NCBI RefSeq assembly: GCF_006345805.1
Contig: NC_043001.1
Location: 54,064,001 to 54,128,000 of the forward strand
DNA: 64,000 nt
Direction of reading: 5' to 3'
DNA from: Octopus sinensis
Taxonomy: Eukaryota
Positions within the stretch are counted from its first letter, which is position 1; every line of letters begins with the position of its first letter. Under the pieces are notes generated by a model, which saw only the letters and a program-made list of their open reading frames with translations, searched no databases and had not been told where the DNA came from. Below, piece by piece: positions 1-10,971 of the stretch. A program made the position numbers and the translations under genes.

Positions 1-96
1 TCAATGAAACCTAAACGTGCTTTACCGAACACACTAATTGGCATATACTCATGAGTCCAAAGATAACGTATAGATAGATAGATAGATAGATAGATG

Positions 97-142
<46 letters not shown>

Positions 143-322
143 GAGATAGATAGATAGATAGACGTATATATATAGTTGTATATATATATAGATTATATCT
201 ATGTATACACACACACATACATATACACATATATATATATATTAAAAATGAGGAAGGCCGGTCTACGGTATTATCTTAAGTTTCCCATCAATTAAAGGTT
301 TAGCTTTATAGCATGTCATCAG

Positions 323-403
323 ATCCCAAAACCAGTTAGCGCAAGACCTTACTGCTCTATATCTTAGAGTGAGCTTCTTTCGGATTTATGTTCTTTACAG
401 ACG

Positions 404-481
<78 letters not shown>

Positions 482-1989
482 ATGTATACATAGTGGTTAT
501 ACACTGATTACTTTGAATAAAGTATATCGGCTGATTACTCTCACCATCTCCGCTTCCAATATAAAATACCCTAAATAATAAATTCAGTTCCACTTTTCCT
601 ACCTTCTATAAATCGGGTATTTTACATAAGTGTGCGTGTGTGCGTATGTGAGAGTAAGAAAGAGATGGGGGAAGAGAGAGAGTGGGGGACTGTATTTGTC
701 TTTCAGTAGTCGTATGCGTTCGAGAATGTTCGTCTGTTTGTATAATCATTTTCTCTTCCTTCTTTCCGTCTGTCATTATCATGTATTTTGCTGCTTACAG
801 TCTTTCTCATCACTTTCTCTTTCATACACTCCCTCTACCTTTTTCTATCGATCTATTAATCTGTCACTTTTTATCTTCTCTGTCATTACTTAACAAGTAT
901 TAAGTCCCTTACTGTTCCTTTCTCCCTTCTTCACTGTCCCTGTCTTTCTTCCTTCCCCATACCATGTTTACACCTCGTTTTCGTGTCTCTTTCAAATTTT
1001 TTCCTCACTACATTTCTCACGTTGATATTATCAACACCTCATTTTACCTGGTTTCCATTTCCTTTTTGTCTCTTAGTGCCATTATATTTTCGTCCAATCC
1101 ATCTTCCCCTCCATTAGCTTAATCCATTTTAGCTCTTTTATTGTTCATCCATCTCATTGTCGTTCTTTCTTTCTTTCTCTCTCTCTCTTCCTTTCTTGTA
1201 CATTATTACTAATTCTTTCTTCTCCTCAGCCTCTCTCCATATCCATTTCGTTTCTGAGTTTCTCGTTATGTATCACCCTCTGAAGTATCAATTAATTTTA
1301 ATCGATTTCAAAGGGAATAAAATATTCTCTTGCGAGTTTATATCACGACTAAAACTAAATGCTGTTTTCCATTCCACGAGCCCTTTGCTACAGATGGTAT
1401 TTCCATCAAAAATACCAGGCTATAATACCCCACACCCATGATCTGATTCAACTGATCTGAGAGAATAGAATCAGATGAGTAGCAACAATAACGACAGCAA
1501 CTAAGAATATAGTTTACAGATTTCATACAAACAGAAAACGCGGCGCTCATTTGAACAATATGTTGCCAATCAAGATTCAAAGCAGCAACTGAAAACGCAT
1601 GATGAACGAATGTTGCACGTGGACCCCGTGAAAGATTACAAAAATGCCATGTGAACCAAAAACGCCAAAGTGCAAAACATGGAGGGCTTCAGTTTCGTCC
1701 ATCTATAATACTGCTCCAAAGACGTCAAGGTCATTTTATCTGGGGGTAAGGTCATGGAATGCAAAAGGCGTTGTATTCATTGGTTACTTTCGGGAAAAGA
1801 CTTATAGAAGGTAGGAAAAGTGGAACTGAATTTATTTTTTAAAGTATTTTATACTGGAAGCGGAGAAGATGGTGAAAGTAATCAGGCGATATAATTTCTT
1901 GTAAGTAATCAGTGTATAACCACTATGTATACTTACATACATACGTACATACATACATACATACATACATACATACATACATACATACA

Positions 1990-2020
<31 letters not shown>

Positions 2021-2255
2021 TTATATATCTATATACATACATACAAACATACATATTTATATATGCAAAAACTGTCCGATGAACGGCAACGGGAAACTCA
2101 GAGTAACAGGTTTTGTTGAATTTTCTGACGCTTTAAATAAAGTATATATATATATATATATATATACCGTCTGTAAAAAACATAAATCCGAAAGAATCTC
2201 ACTCTAAGATATAGAGCAGTATATATCAAGGTCTTGTGCCAACTGGTTTTCGGAT
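323..2255. mobile_element. Inverted-repeat (foldback) element; arms ~323-611 and ~1802-2255, each interrupted by microsatellites; probable PLE terminal-repeat derivative
   Basis: ccacttttcctaccttctataa (to 611) is the reverse complement of ttatagaaggtaggaaaagtgg (from 1802). atcccaaaaccagttagcgcaagacctt...cagacg matches the reverse complement of 2168-2255. HHR-like motifs lie in or beside the arms. Confidence 0.75.
2066..2115 (+). ncRNA. Type I hammerhead ribozyme-like motif, mutated core
   Basis: caaaaactgt-CCGATGA-a-cg(gcaa)cg-g-GAAA-ctc a gag-TA-acaggttttg. Stem I 9/10 bp; near-palindromic stem III; GUA triplet; core has U4>C. Confidence 0.6.
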
Positions 2256-2282
2256 ATAAGGTATATCAAAACTAAATGCACA

Positions 2283-2438
2283 GGGAAACTGACGAACGTG
2301 GTCATGTTTCATCAGGACAATACTCTAACACACATGTCCTTGGTTTGAATGGCTGCTGTGCGTTACTCTGGTTAGAACTAGTTGATCACGTTATTCTTCT
2401 GAGCTGGTTCCATCGGACTATCATCTGTTTCCCAACAT
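2283..2438 (+). pseudogene. Mariner transposase fragment
   Basis: Translates across a stop and frameshift to GKLTNVVMFHQDN...ELVDH...YSSELVPSDYHLFPN, matching mariner FHQDNAPAH / YSPDLAPSDYHLF motifs. Confidence 0.85.
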
Positions 2439-2775
2439 ATTTGCAGAACATCAAACAATAAAACTCTTCTTTCTAAATAATTCCCTTTGGTGCTAATATT
2501 TTCATAAAAGAACAGTTGATACCAACTTATAAAATACAACAATCAATCCACCACATTGGATAACTTTAACTGCACTGGCAATGAAAAGCCCCGATTTCTG
2601 AAGCAGTAATTTGTTACAATCTCTCTGATGTGTTAAACTTCAAATGATGGTTCAAACAAAGAACTTAAGAACACATCTGTCCTAAATTTGAAGCATATAT
2701 AGGAAGCCATGTTCACTTAGTAGCACTGCAGCATTTTCCCCTTCATCTTAATGTTAAAGATAGATATCACGTTAA

Positions 2776-3118
2776 GGCTGCAAGCTGGCAGAAACGTTCT
2801 GAGTTCAAATTCCGCCGAGGTCGACTTTGCCTTTCATCCTTTCGGGGTCGATAAATTAAGTACCAGTTACGCACTGGGGTCGATGTAATCGACTTAATCC
2901 GTTTTTCTCTGCTTGTTTATCCCCTCTATGTTTAGCCCCTTGTGGGTAGTAAGGAAATGGGTATTTCGTCTGTCTGTACGTTCGGAGTTCGAATTCTGCC
3001 GATGTTGATTTTGCCTTTCATCCTTTCATAAGTTAAGTGGAAGATACGTACTGGGGTCGATCTAATCGACTGGCCCCCTCCCCAGAAATTTTGGGCCTTG
3101 TTCCTAGAGTAGAAAAGC
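2776..3118 (+). mobile_element. Dimeric octopus-type SINE with 19-bp target-site duplication
   Basis: gagttcaaattccgccgaggtcgactttgcctttcatcc core, same family as 27617 and 47958. TSD aagatagatatcacgttaa at 2757-2775 and 3119-3137. Confidence 0.9.
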
Positions 3119-6100
3119 AAGATAGATATCACGTTAAAGTATCATGAGCTGTTCAAATACTTCAAAATCTGTCTCATACAAGGACGTCCGTACCTATCAA
3201 TGTATGTTTTAAAATAATACACTGAACTTGATGTTGGTTCCAGTAATTTACATTAGGTATATTTACTAAGATGCACATGAGAGGTTATGCTGCATTATAA
3301 CTCTTCAAAACGAGATGAAAGCAGGCCTTAAGTGATTTTTTACAAAAGGCAATAAATTATAATATAGCAGCAGAAGAGCTTCAAGAGATTGTCACTCTTC
3401 CTTCCGGCTGTTTCTGCTAACCCTAGTTATATGCACAAACGAACAGAAGACGCAGAAGCAGAGATTTACATTCTTGGTTGCTGAGAACTCTGCAACTTCA
3501 AATGGAAAAGGATTTCAAGAGGAAAGCTTTCGAGAACCAGCATATATTTGCAAGCATGACCTTAAACTCAATGTTTTCACCTTCAATTTAATCAAGGTAA
3601 TTGATTTTGTTCATGCCTCATAGCACCCTCAACAAGAACTAAACTTGTGCCAGACATTTTCCAATGCCATTGAGTAAAACATACACAAACTTCAGAAGGT
3701 AAATATGTAGAACACGGAAGAAAGTATCAGCGGATGGATTTTCCAAATCTAAGTCAGCGCCAAGTATATGATGCTTGTTGTAACATTACAAAATCTTCTA
3801 AAAGAATCTTATCGGAACCTAGTATATCTGACAAAATGTGTCTTTGTGGTGTCTTTCTTTTCCTTCAGCAACTTGTTTGTTTGTTTGTTTTTTTTTGTGG
3901 TGACTGGCCCGCAGGTTTATTTCACTACGGACTGCGACGCAAAATGCTCAAAGTCAGTTCTACAATGCTTACAACAGTTTTGTAGCGGTATTATTATGAT
4001 CTTTTTCAAAGCATTAACATATTTTCTGATTCCGTGTTACTCTACTGGAAAACAGTAATAAAGATGACGAATAACAACTGCTTCATTTGAAGATCAGCAT
4101 GAACTGCAGTTTGACAATACCAGCCTTCTTTGATTTTTCCCGAAATGTGAGGTCCACATTCATTTGAAGCAGAACAAAATTCGAATTATGCAATAGAAGC
4201 GGCTGTTTTCTTTCTTTTTTTTTTGTTATACAATACACCTACAATAGGATTTTCCCGAGCTAAAAACAGCAACAGGATTTTCTTGAACTAAAACCAGTAT
4301 TTAACCCTTGAGCTATTTCTATTTCAGAATTCCTATTGTATTCTGCATACGCGGCACCGTTGCAAATCAGTTTATTGTGTATGAATCATCTCTATATACT
4401 GTTAGACGGTCGATTTCGATTTTGTTTCGGAAACCACACAAGTATGTGACATTGACAAGTCTCAAAAACAGCGAAATACATGGCTCTCGTTCTCGCATTC
4501 GCTTCTGGAGCGATTACGTTTTGCCAAGCTGTAAAATATATTGTACGTTTTAACACAATGCGATTTCTTTCCTGGACAGAAAACTGCAGCTGCTAGCTTT
4601 TGAACATAAGTTTATGTGTTATATCGACAATGATTTTACTCTAGGGTTATTTATATTTCATAATTCGAATCAAATATTTGTTTCTATAATAGATTCAAAT
4701 GAAATAAATTAGCTTTCACTTTACTTTAATCATTTATCATTTATTTTTATTTATTTATTTTATTCAAAATCTTGAATTAGAAATGTCTCATTTACACAAG
4801 ATATGAAAGATACTTTTAATGTAGAATTGTGAAATAGATTTTAAACTTCAATAAAAGTAGAGGGAAGCAATTTCCCTTCTTAAATGAAAGATGAGTTTTG
4901 AAGAGAAATCCAATAGAGTTCTATTACATCGAACATACCTGCCTTCAGAACATATTTGTGTCATTTATTACTCCTCTCAGCTGAGACCACCAGACATTCA
5001 TTGAATGTGCGTGCTTGGTTGTATGTGCGTTTTAATGTGTGCGTACATAGAATACGTTTGTGCATCATATATATATATATATATATAAAAATAAGCAACA
5101 TAATATAAAGTAGTGACGCAGTGCGACAGTCTCAAGAGGCTCCATTTAATTAAGCAATGCTATCATTACATCACTTTAAATGCAGTGTCATCATCAGCTG
5201 CACAAATAAATAAATAAAATCTTAACCATTTGGACACATTATTATAATGTTTTTCAAATACTTTAACAAAGCAAGAAGATGGAAGAAGTTCATGTTGTCG
5301 CTATTGTAGTCTAAGAATAGACTACACTTCCAAGAATCGCATGATGCCTATTGGGGTTATAGCTTGTAAAGGACTGTGATTCATTTCTAATTCGTTTATC
5401 TCTTTATCACCTACTAAATCTAAGACTAGAGGATTGTCTCTGTTTAGAATATAGGGTGAGAGTAAGTTGAAAGTTCATGTCTAGGTACGGTCATAAATAT
5501 TGTCATATGTATCCTTTTCCTCGGGGAGGAAAGAAGACATTAGTAGTCGTCAATTGGATATAGAGTAACTGTTTATAAAAGGAGGCTGGGTAGAAGACTA
5601 AATTATGATGTTAATTATCAGTTAAAGGGGCAAAGCGCTAATATAACCTAGGACGTTAATACAGAGTAAATTATTTCTTGGGGCACTATGGGTGGTTTTT
5701 ATAAGCAATATTGTTATGTTTTATAAAAATAAAACGTAAGATCTTCAAAAATTATATCGTAACCAAAATATGTAAAATGTGTGTATATATCAGTTACAAA
5801 CATTGAAAAGGAAAGATTACATAGAATCAGTTTAATAGTTATTCATGTACTTAATTAATTACTTATTAGGTGGTTTCTATGAAGACTGGTCAGAACATTT
5901 ACTTATGGAATCCTGGAAAGATAAACATGTTATCTATATATTAATTATAAGCCACGAATCAGGAAAAATAAAGATCTGTACAGATACACAAACATATTTT
6001 TATATGTGCAAACATACATATACACAAATATTTATACGATTATATGGATATAGTATATTCGTCTAGCCTAGAGTTAAGTAACTGAAAAGCATCTATTTAA

Positions 6101-6165
6101 GAGCAAAATAAATATCAGTTTATAAGGGATAAAGGTTTAATAGATTATGCGCATACATGCATATA

Positions 6166-6686
6166 CTAGATGTTGTACCCGGTAATTCTCGGGGGTAAAG
6201 TCGTTCTATTGAAACGCATTATTACTCTGATATAAGAAAGTAATTTCGTTATAACTGCCACAAAATGTGTATTTTCCGTCACGAAAAAGTACAAAAGACT
6301 GTCAGCTGAAGGAGGGAGAGATTGTTGGAGGTTGGCGACAAAGCTTTTCGGAGATTGGCGAGAAAAATTGTCGGAGACCTGTGAGAGAGGTTGGCGGAGG
6401 TTGGCGACAGGCAAATACATTATTCTGCTTAGCGAAGGCATCTGGAACATGAATAACTGCTGTCATTCACAGAAAAACAATTGTTTTACCATGAGAAAGG
6501 CGAGTGCTGTTGAAGTGTTAAGTGAAATTTGGCAACCGAGGATCGAATCCACGCGATACCTGCAAGAATCCACCACAAATACGTTGTGGAATAAAAAATT
6601 TATCTTCTGTCATGCAAAAAGTGTAACCGTAAAAATGCAGAATTATCGGAATAATGGGCATTCAAAAAGGCATGTGTGTATATAGA
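6166..6686 (-). mobile_element. Probable non-autonomous Helitron-like element
   Basis: Minus-strand 3' end cccgagaattaccggg hairpin then CTAG|T (6166-6169). Candidate 5' TC-tatata at 6686; 5' boundary uncertain. Confidence 0.5.
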
Positions 6687-6837
6687 AATGTATGAATGAA
6701 GTCTTAAATGTTTAAGATTCAAATTAAGGAGGTGCAATAATAATGTTTAGCAGTTCAAATCTATGAGCAGTGAAATGGAGAACTAGGTCGGCTGATAGTC
6801 AGAATCAAATATTGATCACTTCGCTAAAATCTGCAGG

Positions 6838-7330
6838 TGGTATGGGTTATTTCCCTTGCGTTGTTTAAATAAAACATTAGTAATATGCAGTAGATAGAAG
6901 GATCCATTGGAAAGGCCCTATTATCGATTGTTTTCAACAATCTAAGTATGTCACGAGGTTTCCGGGCATGAGTTCTACTCACGTGTCAAATAAAGTATAA
7001 AAGTGATATTGTCTGTAAAAATTAGAAATAGGACACACAAAAAATCAATATTCAAAGTAATCGAACACAAACAATGAAATAGGTTATTTCCCTTGAGTTT
7101 TTAAAAATATTGTACAGGTGCTATGGGTTATTTCCCTTGGGTGTTTAAAAAAATTAGTTATATGAGGTAGATATAAATGTCCCATTCAGGTGCCGTATTA
7201 TCAATTTTTTTCAACAATCTAAGTATATCACGAGGTTTCCAGACATGAGTTCTACTCATGTGCCAAGTTTCATCAAAATCAATAAAAAGGTTGTAGGATG
7301 AGTTAGCTAACAATGCCACAAACACACACC
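6838..7330 (+). repeat. Diverged ~165-bp direct repeat (period ~283 bp) with gttatttcccttg motifs
   Basis: atgggttatttcccttg...caacaatctaagta..tcacgaggtttcc...catgagttctactca occurs at ~6841-6990 and ~7122-7270. Confidence 0.7.
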
Positions 7331-7666
7331 GACTTTCCACATATGTAGTAGACATACATACACAAATATTTATACATTTATATTGATATAGTATAACCAT
7401 CTCGCATAGAGGCAAGTAGCTGAAAAAATATCTATTTAAGGAACTTGCATCGATAACATCACAATGTAGAAGTAATTCTGCAGGCGACTGAAATCTACTA
7501 CTAACCGAGACAACATCGTAAAAATACAGTCGGTGTTGTTTTAAAATTTTACCTATTACAGCTTAAATAAAAACACGACATATATATATATAGCTTTACA
7601 TTTACATGCACACACACACATATACATACATATATATAAACACATATATACCATATATACATACAC

Positions 7667-7708
<42 letters not shown>

Positions 7709-7746
7709 ATATATAATATATATATATTATATATATAATATATATA

Positions 7747-7819
<73 letters not shown>

Positions 7820-8094
7820 TAATTAATTAATAAGGGTGAGAGAATTAGATACTAATTTAATAGTATATTTATTCAACACCAAGTGGCCTAGTGCTACGAG
7901 AAACCTGGATTATTATAATATTTTATAACATATTATAATATTTTTACAAAATAAATATAAGAGAGTGGTCACTATATTGCTCACTCTAGCACCAGTTAAT
8001 CCAAAAGGTTTCAACCACGAAAATACATGTTTCCCATGAAAGCCAGTACGACTGTTAGCTCACACGGACAGGGCAAATAAAAAATAACAAAATA

Positions 8095-8189
8095 CAGATT
8101 ATTTTGGGACAATTGTTTCGCTATTAATGAATTAAATGTAATATTACTTACAAAAAATCCATTTGTAGCTCGTCAGCCAAGACTATCTG
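8095..8189 (-). ncRNA. Type I hammerhead ribozyme, array copy 1
   Basis: Minus strand: cagatagtcttgg-CTGACGA-gcta...tagc-GAAA-caattg-TC-ccaaaataatctg. Predicted cleavage between 8108 and 8107. Confidence 0.85.
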
Positions 8190-8626
8190 GATGAAATCCA
8201 CTCATCACACGCCAGATTTTACCATAACGATAAATACGCGTGTGGTTCAATTGATTACATCCGACGTTATAATTCAAATGCCCCAACCAACAGCGCGCCA
8301 AACTTTCACGGAAAACAAATACAGCATTTAGAAATAAATGCGGCATAATTATAATTAATTAATAAGGGTGAGAGAATTAGATACTAATTTAATAGTATAT
8401 TTATTCAACACCAAGTGGCCTAGTGCTACGAGAAACCTGGATTATTATAATATTTTATAACATATTATAATATTTTTACAAAATAAATATAAGAGAGTGG
8501 TCACTATATTGCTCACTCTAGCACCAGTTAATCCAAAAGGTTTCAACCACGAAAATACATGTTTCCCATGAAAGCCAGTACGACTGTTAGCTCACACGGA
8601 CAGGGCAAATAAAAAATAACAAAATA

Positions 8627-8720
8627 CAGATTATTTTGGGACAATTGTTTCGCTATTAATGAATTAAATGTATATTACTTACAAAAAATCCATTTGTAGC
8701 TCGTCAGCCAAGACTATCTG
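8627..8720 (-). ncRNA. Type I hammerhead ribozyme, array copy 2
   Basis: Same core and stems as copy 1; 1-nt deletion in the apical part of stem II. Confidence 0.85.
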
Positions 8721-9157
8721 GATGAAATCCACTCAATCACACGCCAGATTTTACCATAACGATAAATACGCGTGTGTTCAATTGATTACATCCGACGTTA
8801 TAATTCAAATGCCCCAACCAACAGCGCGCCAAACTTTCACGGAAAACAAATACAGCATTTAGAAATAAATGCAGCATAATTATAATTAATTAATAAGGGT
8901 GAGAGAATTAGATACTAATTTAATAGTATATTTATTCAACACCAAGTGGCCTAGTGCTACGAGAAACCTGGATTATTATAATATTTTATAACATATTATA
9001 ATATTTTTACAAAATAAATATAAGAGAGTGGTCACTATATTGCTCACTCTAGCACCAGGTAATCCAAAAGGTTTCAACCACGAAAATACATGTTTCCCAT
9101 GAAAGCCAGTACGACTGTTAGCTCACACGGACATGGCAAATAAAAAATAACAAAATA

Positions 9158-9252
9158 CAGATTATTTTGGGACAATTGTTTCGCTATTAATGAATTAAAT
9201 GTAATATTACTTACAAAAAATCCATTTGTAGCTCGTCAGCCAAGACTATCTG
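9158..9252 (-). ncRNA. Type I hammerhead ribozyme, array copy 3
   Basis: Same motif as copy 1. Confidence 0.85.
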
Positions 9253-9689
9253 GATGAAATCCACTCAATCACACGCCAGATTTTACCATAACGATAAATA
9301 CGCGTGTGGTTCAATTGATTACATCCGACGTTATAATTCAAATGCCCCAACCAACAGCGCGCCAAACTTTCACGGAAAACAAATACAGCATTTAGAAATA
9401 AATGCAGCATAATTATAATTAATTAATAAGGTGAGAGAATTAGATACTAATTTAATAGTATATTTATTCAACACCAAGTGGCCTAGTGCTACGAGAAACC
9501 TGGATTATTATAATATTTTATAACATATTATAATATTTTTACAAAATAAATATAAGAGAGTGGTCACTATATTGCTCACTCTAGCACCAGTTAATCCAAA
9601 AGGTTTCAACCACGAAAATACATGTTTCCCATGAAAGCCAGTACGACTGTTAGCTCACACGGACAGGGCAAATAAAAAATAACAAAATA

Positions 9690-9784
9690 CAGATTATTTT
9701 GGGACAATTGTTTCGCTATTAATGAATTAAATGTAATATTACTTACAAAAAATCCATTTGTAGCTCGTCAGCCAAGACTATCTG
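9690..9784 (-). ncRNA. Type I hammerhead ribozyme, array copy 4
   Basis: Same motif as copy 1. Confidence 0.85.
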
Positions 9785-10220
9785 GATGAATCCACTCAAT
9801 CACACGCCAGATTTTACCATAACGATAAATACGCGTGTGTTCAATTGATTACATCCGACGTTATAATTCAAATGCCCCAACCAACAGCGCGCCAAACTTT
9901 CACGGAAAACAAATACAGCATTTAGAAATAAATGCAGCATAATTATAATTAATTAATAAGGGTGAGAGAATTAGATACTAATTTAATAGTATATTTATTC
10001 AACACCAAGTGGCCTAGTGCTACGAGAAACCTGGATTATTATAATATTTTATAACATATTATAATATTTTTACAAAATAAATATAAGAGAGTGGTCACTA
10101 TATTGCTCACTCTAGCACCAGTTAATCCAAAAGGTTTCAACCACGAAAATACATGTTTCCCATGAAAGCCAGTACGACTGTTAGCTCACACGGACAGGGC
10201 AAATAAAAAATAACAAAATA

Positions 10221-10312
10221 CAGATTATTTTGGGACAATTGTTTCGCTATTAATGAATTAAATGTAATATTACTTACAAAAAATCCATTTGTAGCTCGTC
10301 AGCCAAGACTAT
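10221..10312 (-). ncRNA. Type I hammerhead ribozyme, array copy 5 (outer stem I clipped by the inversion junction)
   Basis: Core intact; the forward array stops at agccaagactat (10312). Confidence 0.8.
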
Positions 10313-10344
10313 TGAGTGGATTTCAAGATTGAGTGGATTTCATC

Positions 10345-10439
10345 CAGATAGTCTTGGCTGACGAGCTATAAATGGATTTTTTGTAAGTAATATTACATTT
10401 AATTCATTAATAGCGAAACAATTGTCCCAAAATAATCTG
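10345..10439 (+). ncRNA. Type I hammerhead ribozyme, inverted copy 6
   Basis: CTGACGA 10358-10364, stem II gcta/tagc, GAAA 10415-10418, GTC 10424-10426, stem I partner ccaaaataatctg. Confidence 0.85.
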
Positions 10440-10876
10440 TATTTTGTTATTTTTTATTTGCCCTGTCCGTGTGAGCTAACAGTCGTACAGGCTTTCATGG
10501 CAAACATGTATTTTCGTGGTTGAAACCTTTTGGATTAACTGGTGCTAGAGTGAGCAATATAGTGACCACTCTCTTATATTTATTTTGTAAAATATTATAA
10601 TATGTTATAAAATATTATAATAATCCAGGTTTCTCGTAGCACTAGGCCACTTGGTGTTGAATAAATATACTATTAAATTAGTATCTAATTCTCTCACCCT
10701 TATTAATTAATTATAATTATGCTGCATTTATTTCTAAATGCTGTATTTGTTTTCCGTGAAAGTTTGGCGCGCTGTTGGTTGGGGCATTTGAATTATAACG
10801 TCGGATGTAATCAATTGAACCACACGCGTATTTATCGTTATGGTAAAATCTGGCGTGTGATTGAGTGGATTTCATC

Positions 10877-10971
10877 CAGATAGTCTTGGCTGACGAGCTA
10901 CAAATGGATTTTTTGTAAGTAATATTACATTTAATTCATTAATAGCGAAACAATTGTCCCAAAATAATCTG
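10877..10971 (+). ncRNA. Type I hammerhead ribozyme, inverted copy 7
   Basis: CTGACGA 10890-10896, GAAA 10947-10950, GTC ends at 10958. Confidence 0.85.

Noticed and set aside
1728-1754. Two AGGTCA half-sites
   Set aside because: 15-nt spacing is non-canonical and expected by chance.
3362-3622. Open frame ending near a possible donor site, within coding-looking 2.4-4.2 kb sequence
   Set aside because: No recognisable motif; possibly a decayed transposon, unsupported without a search.
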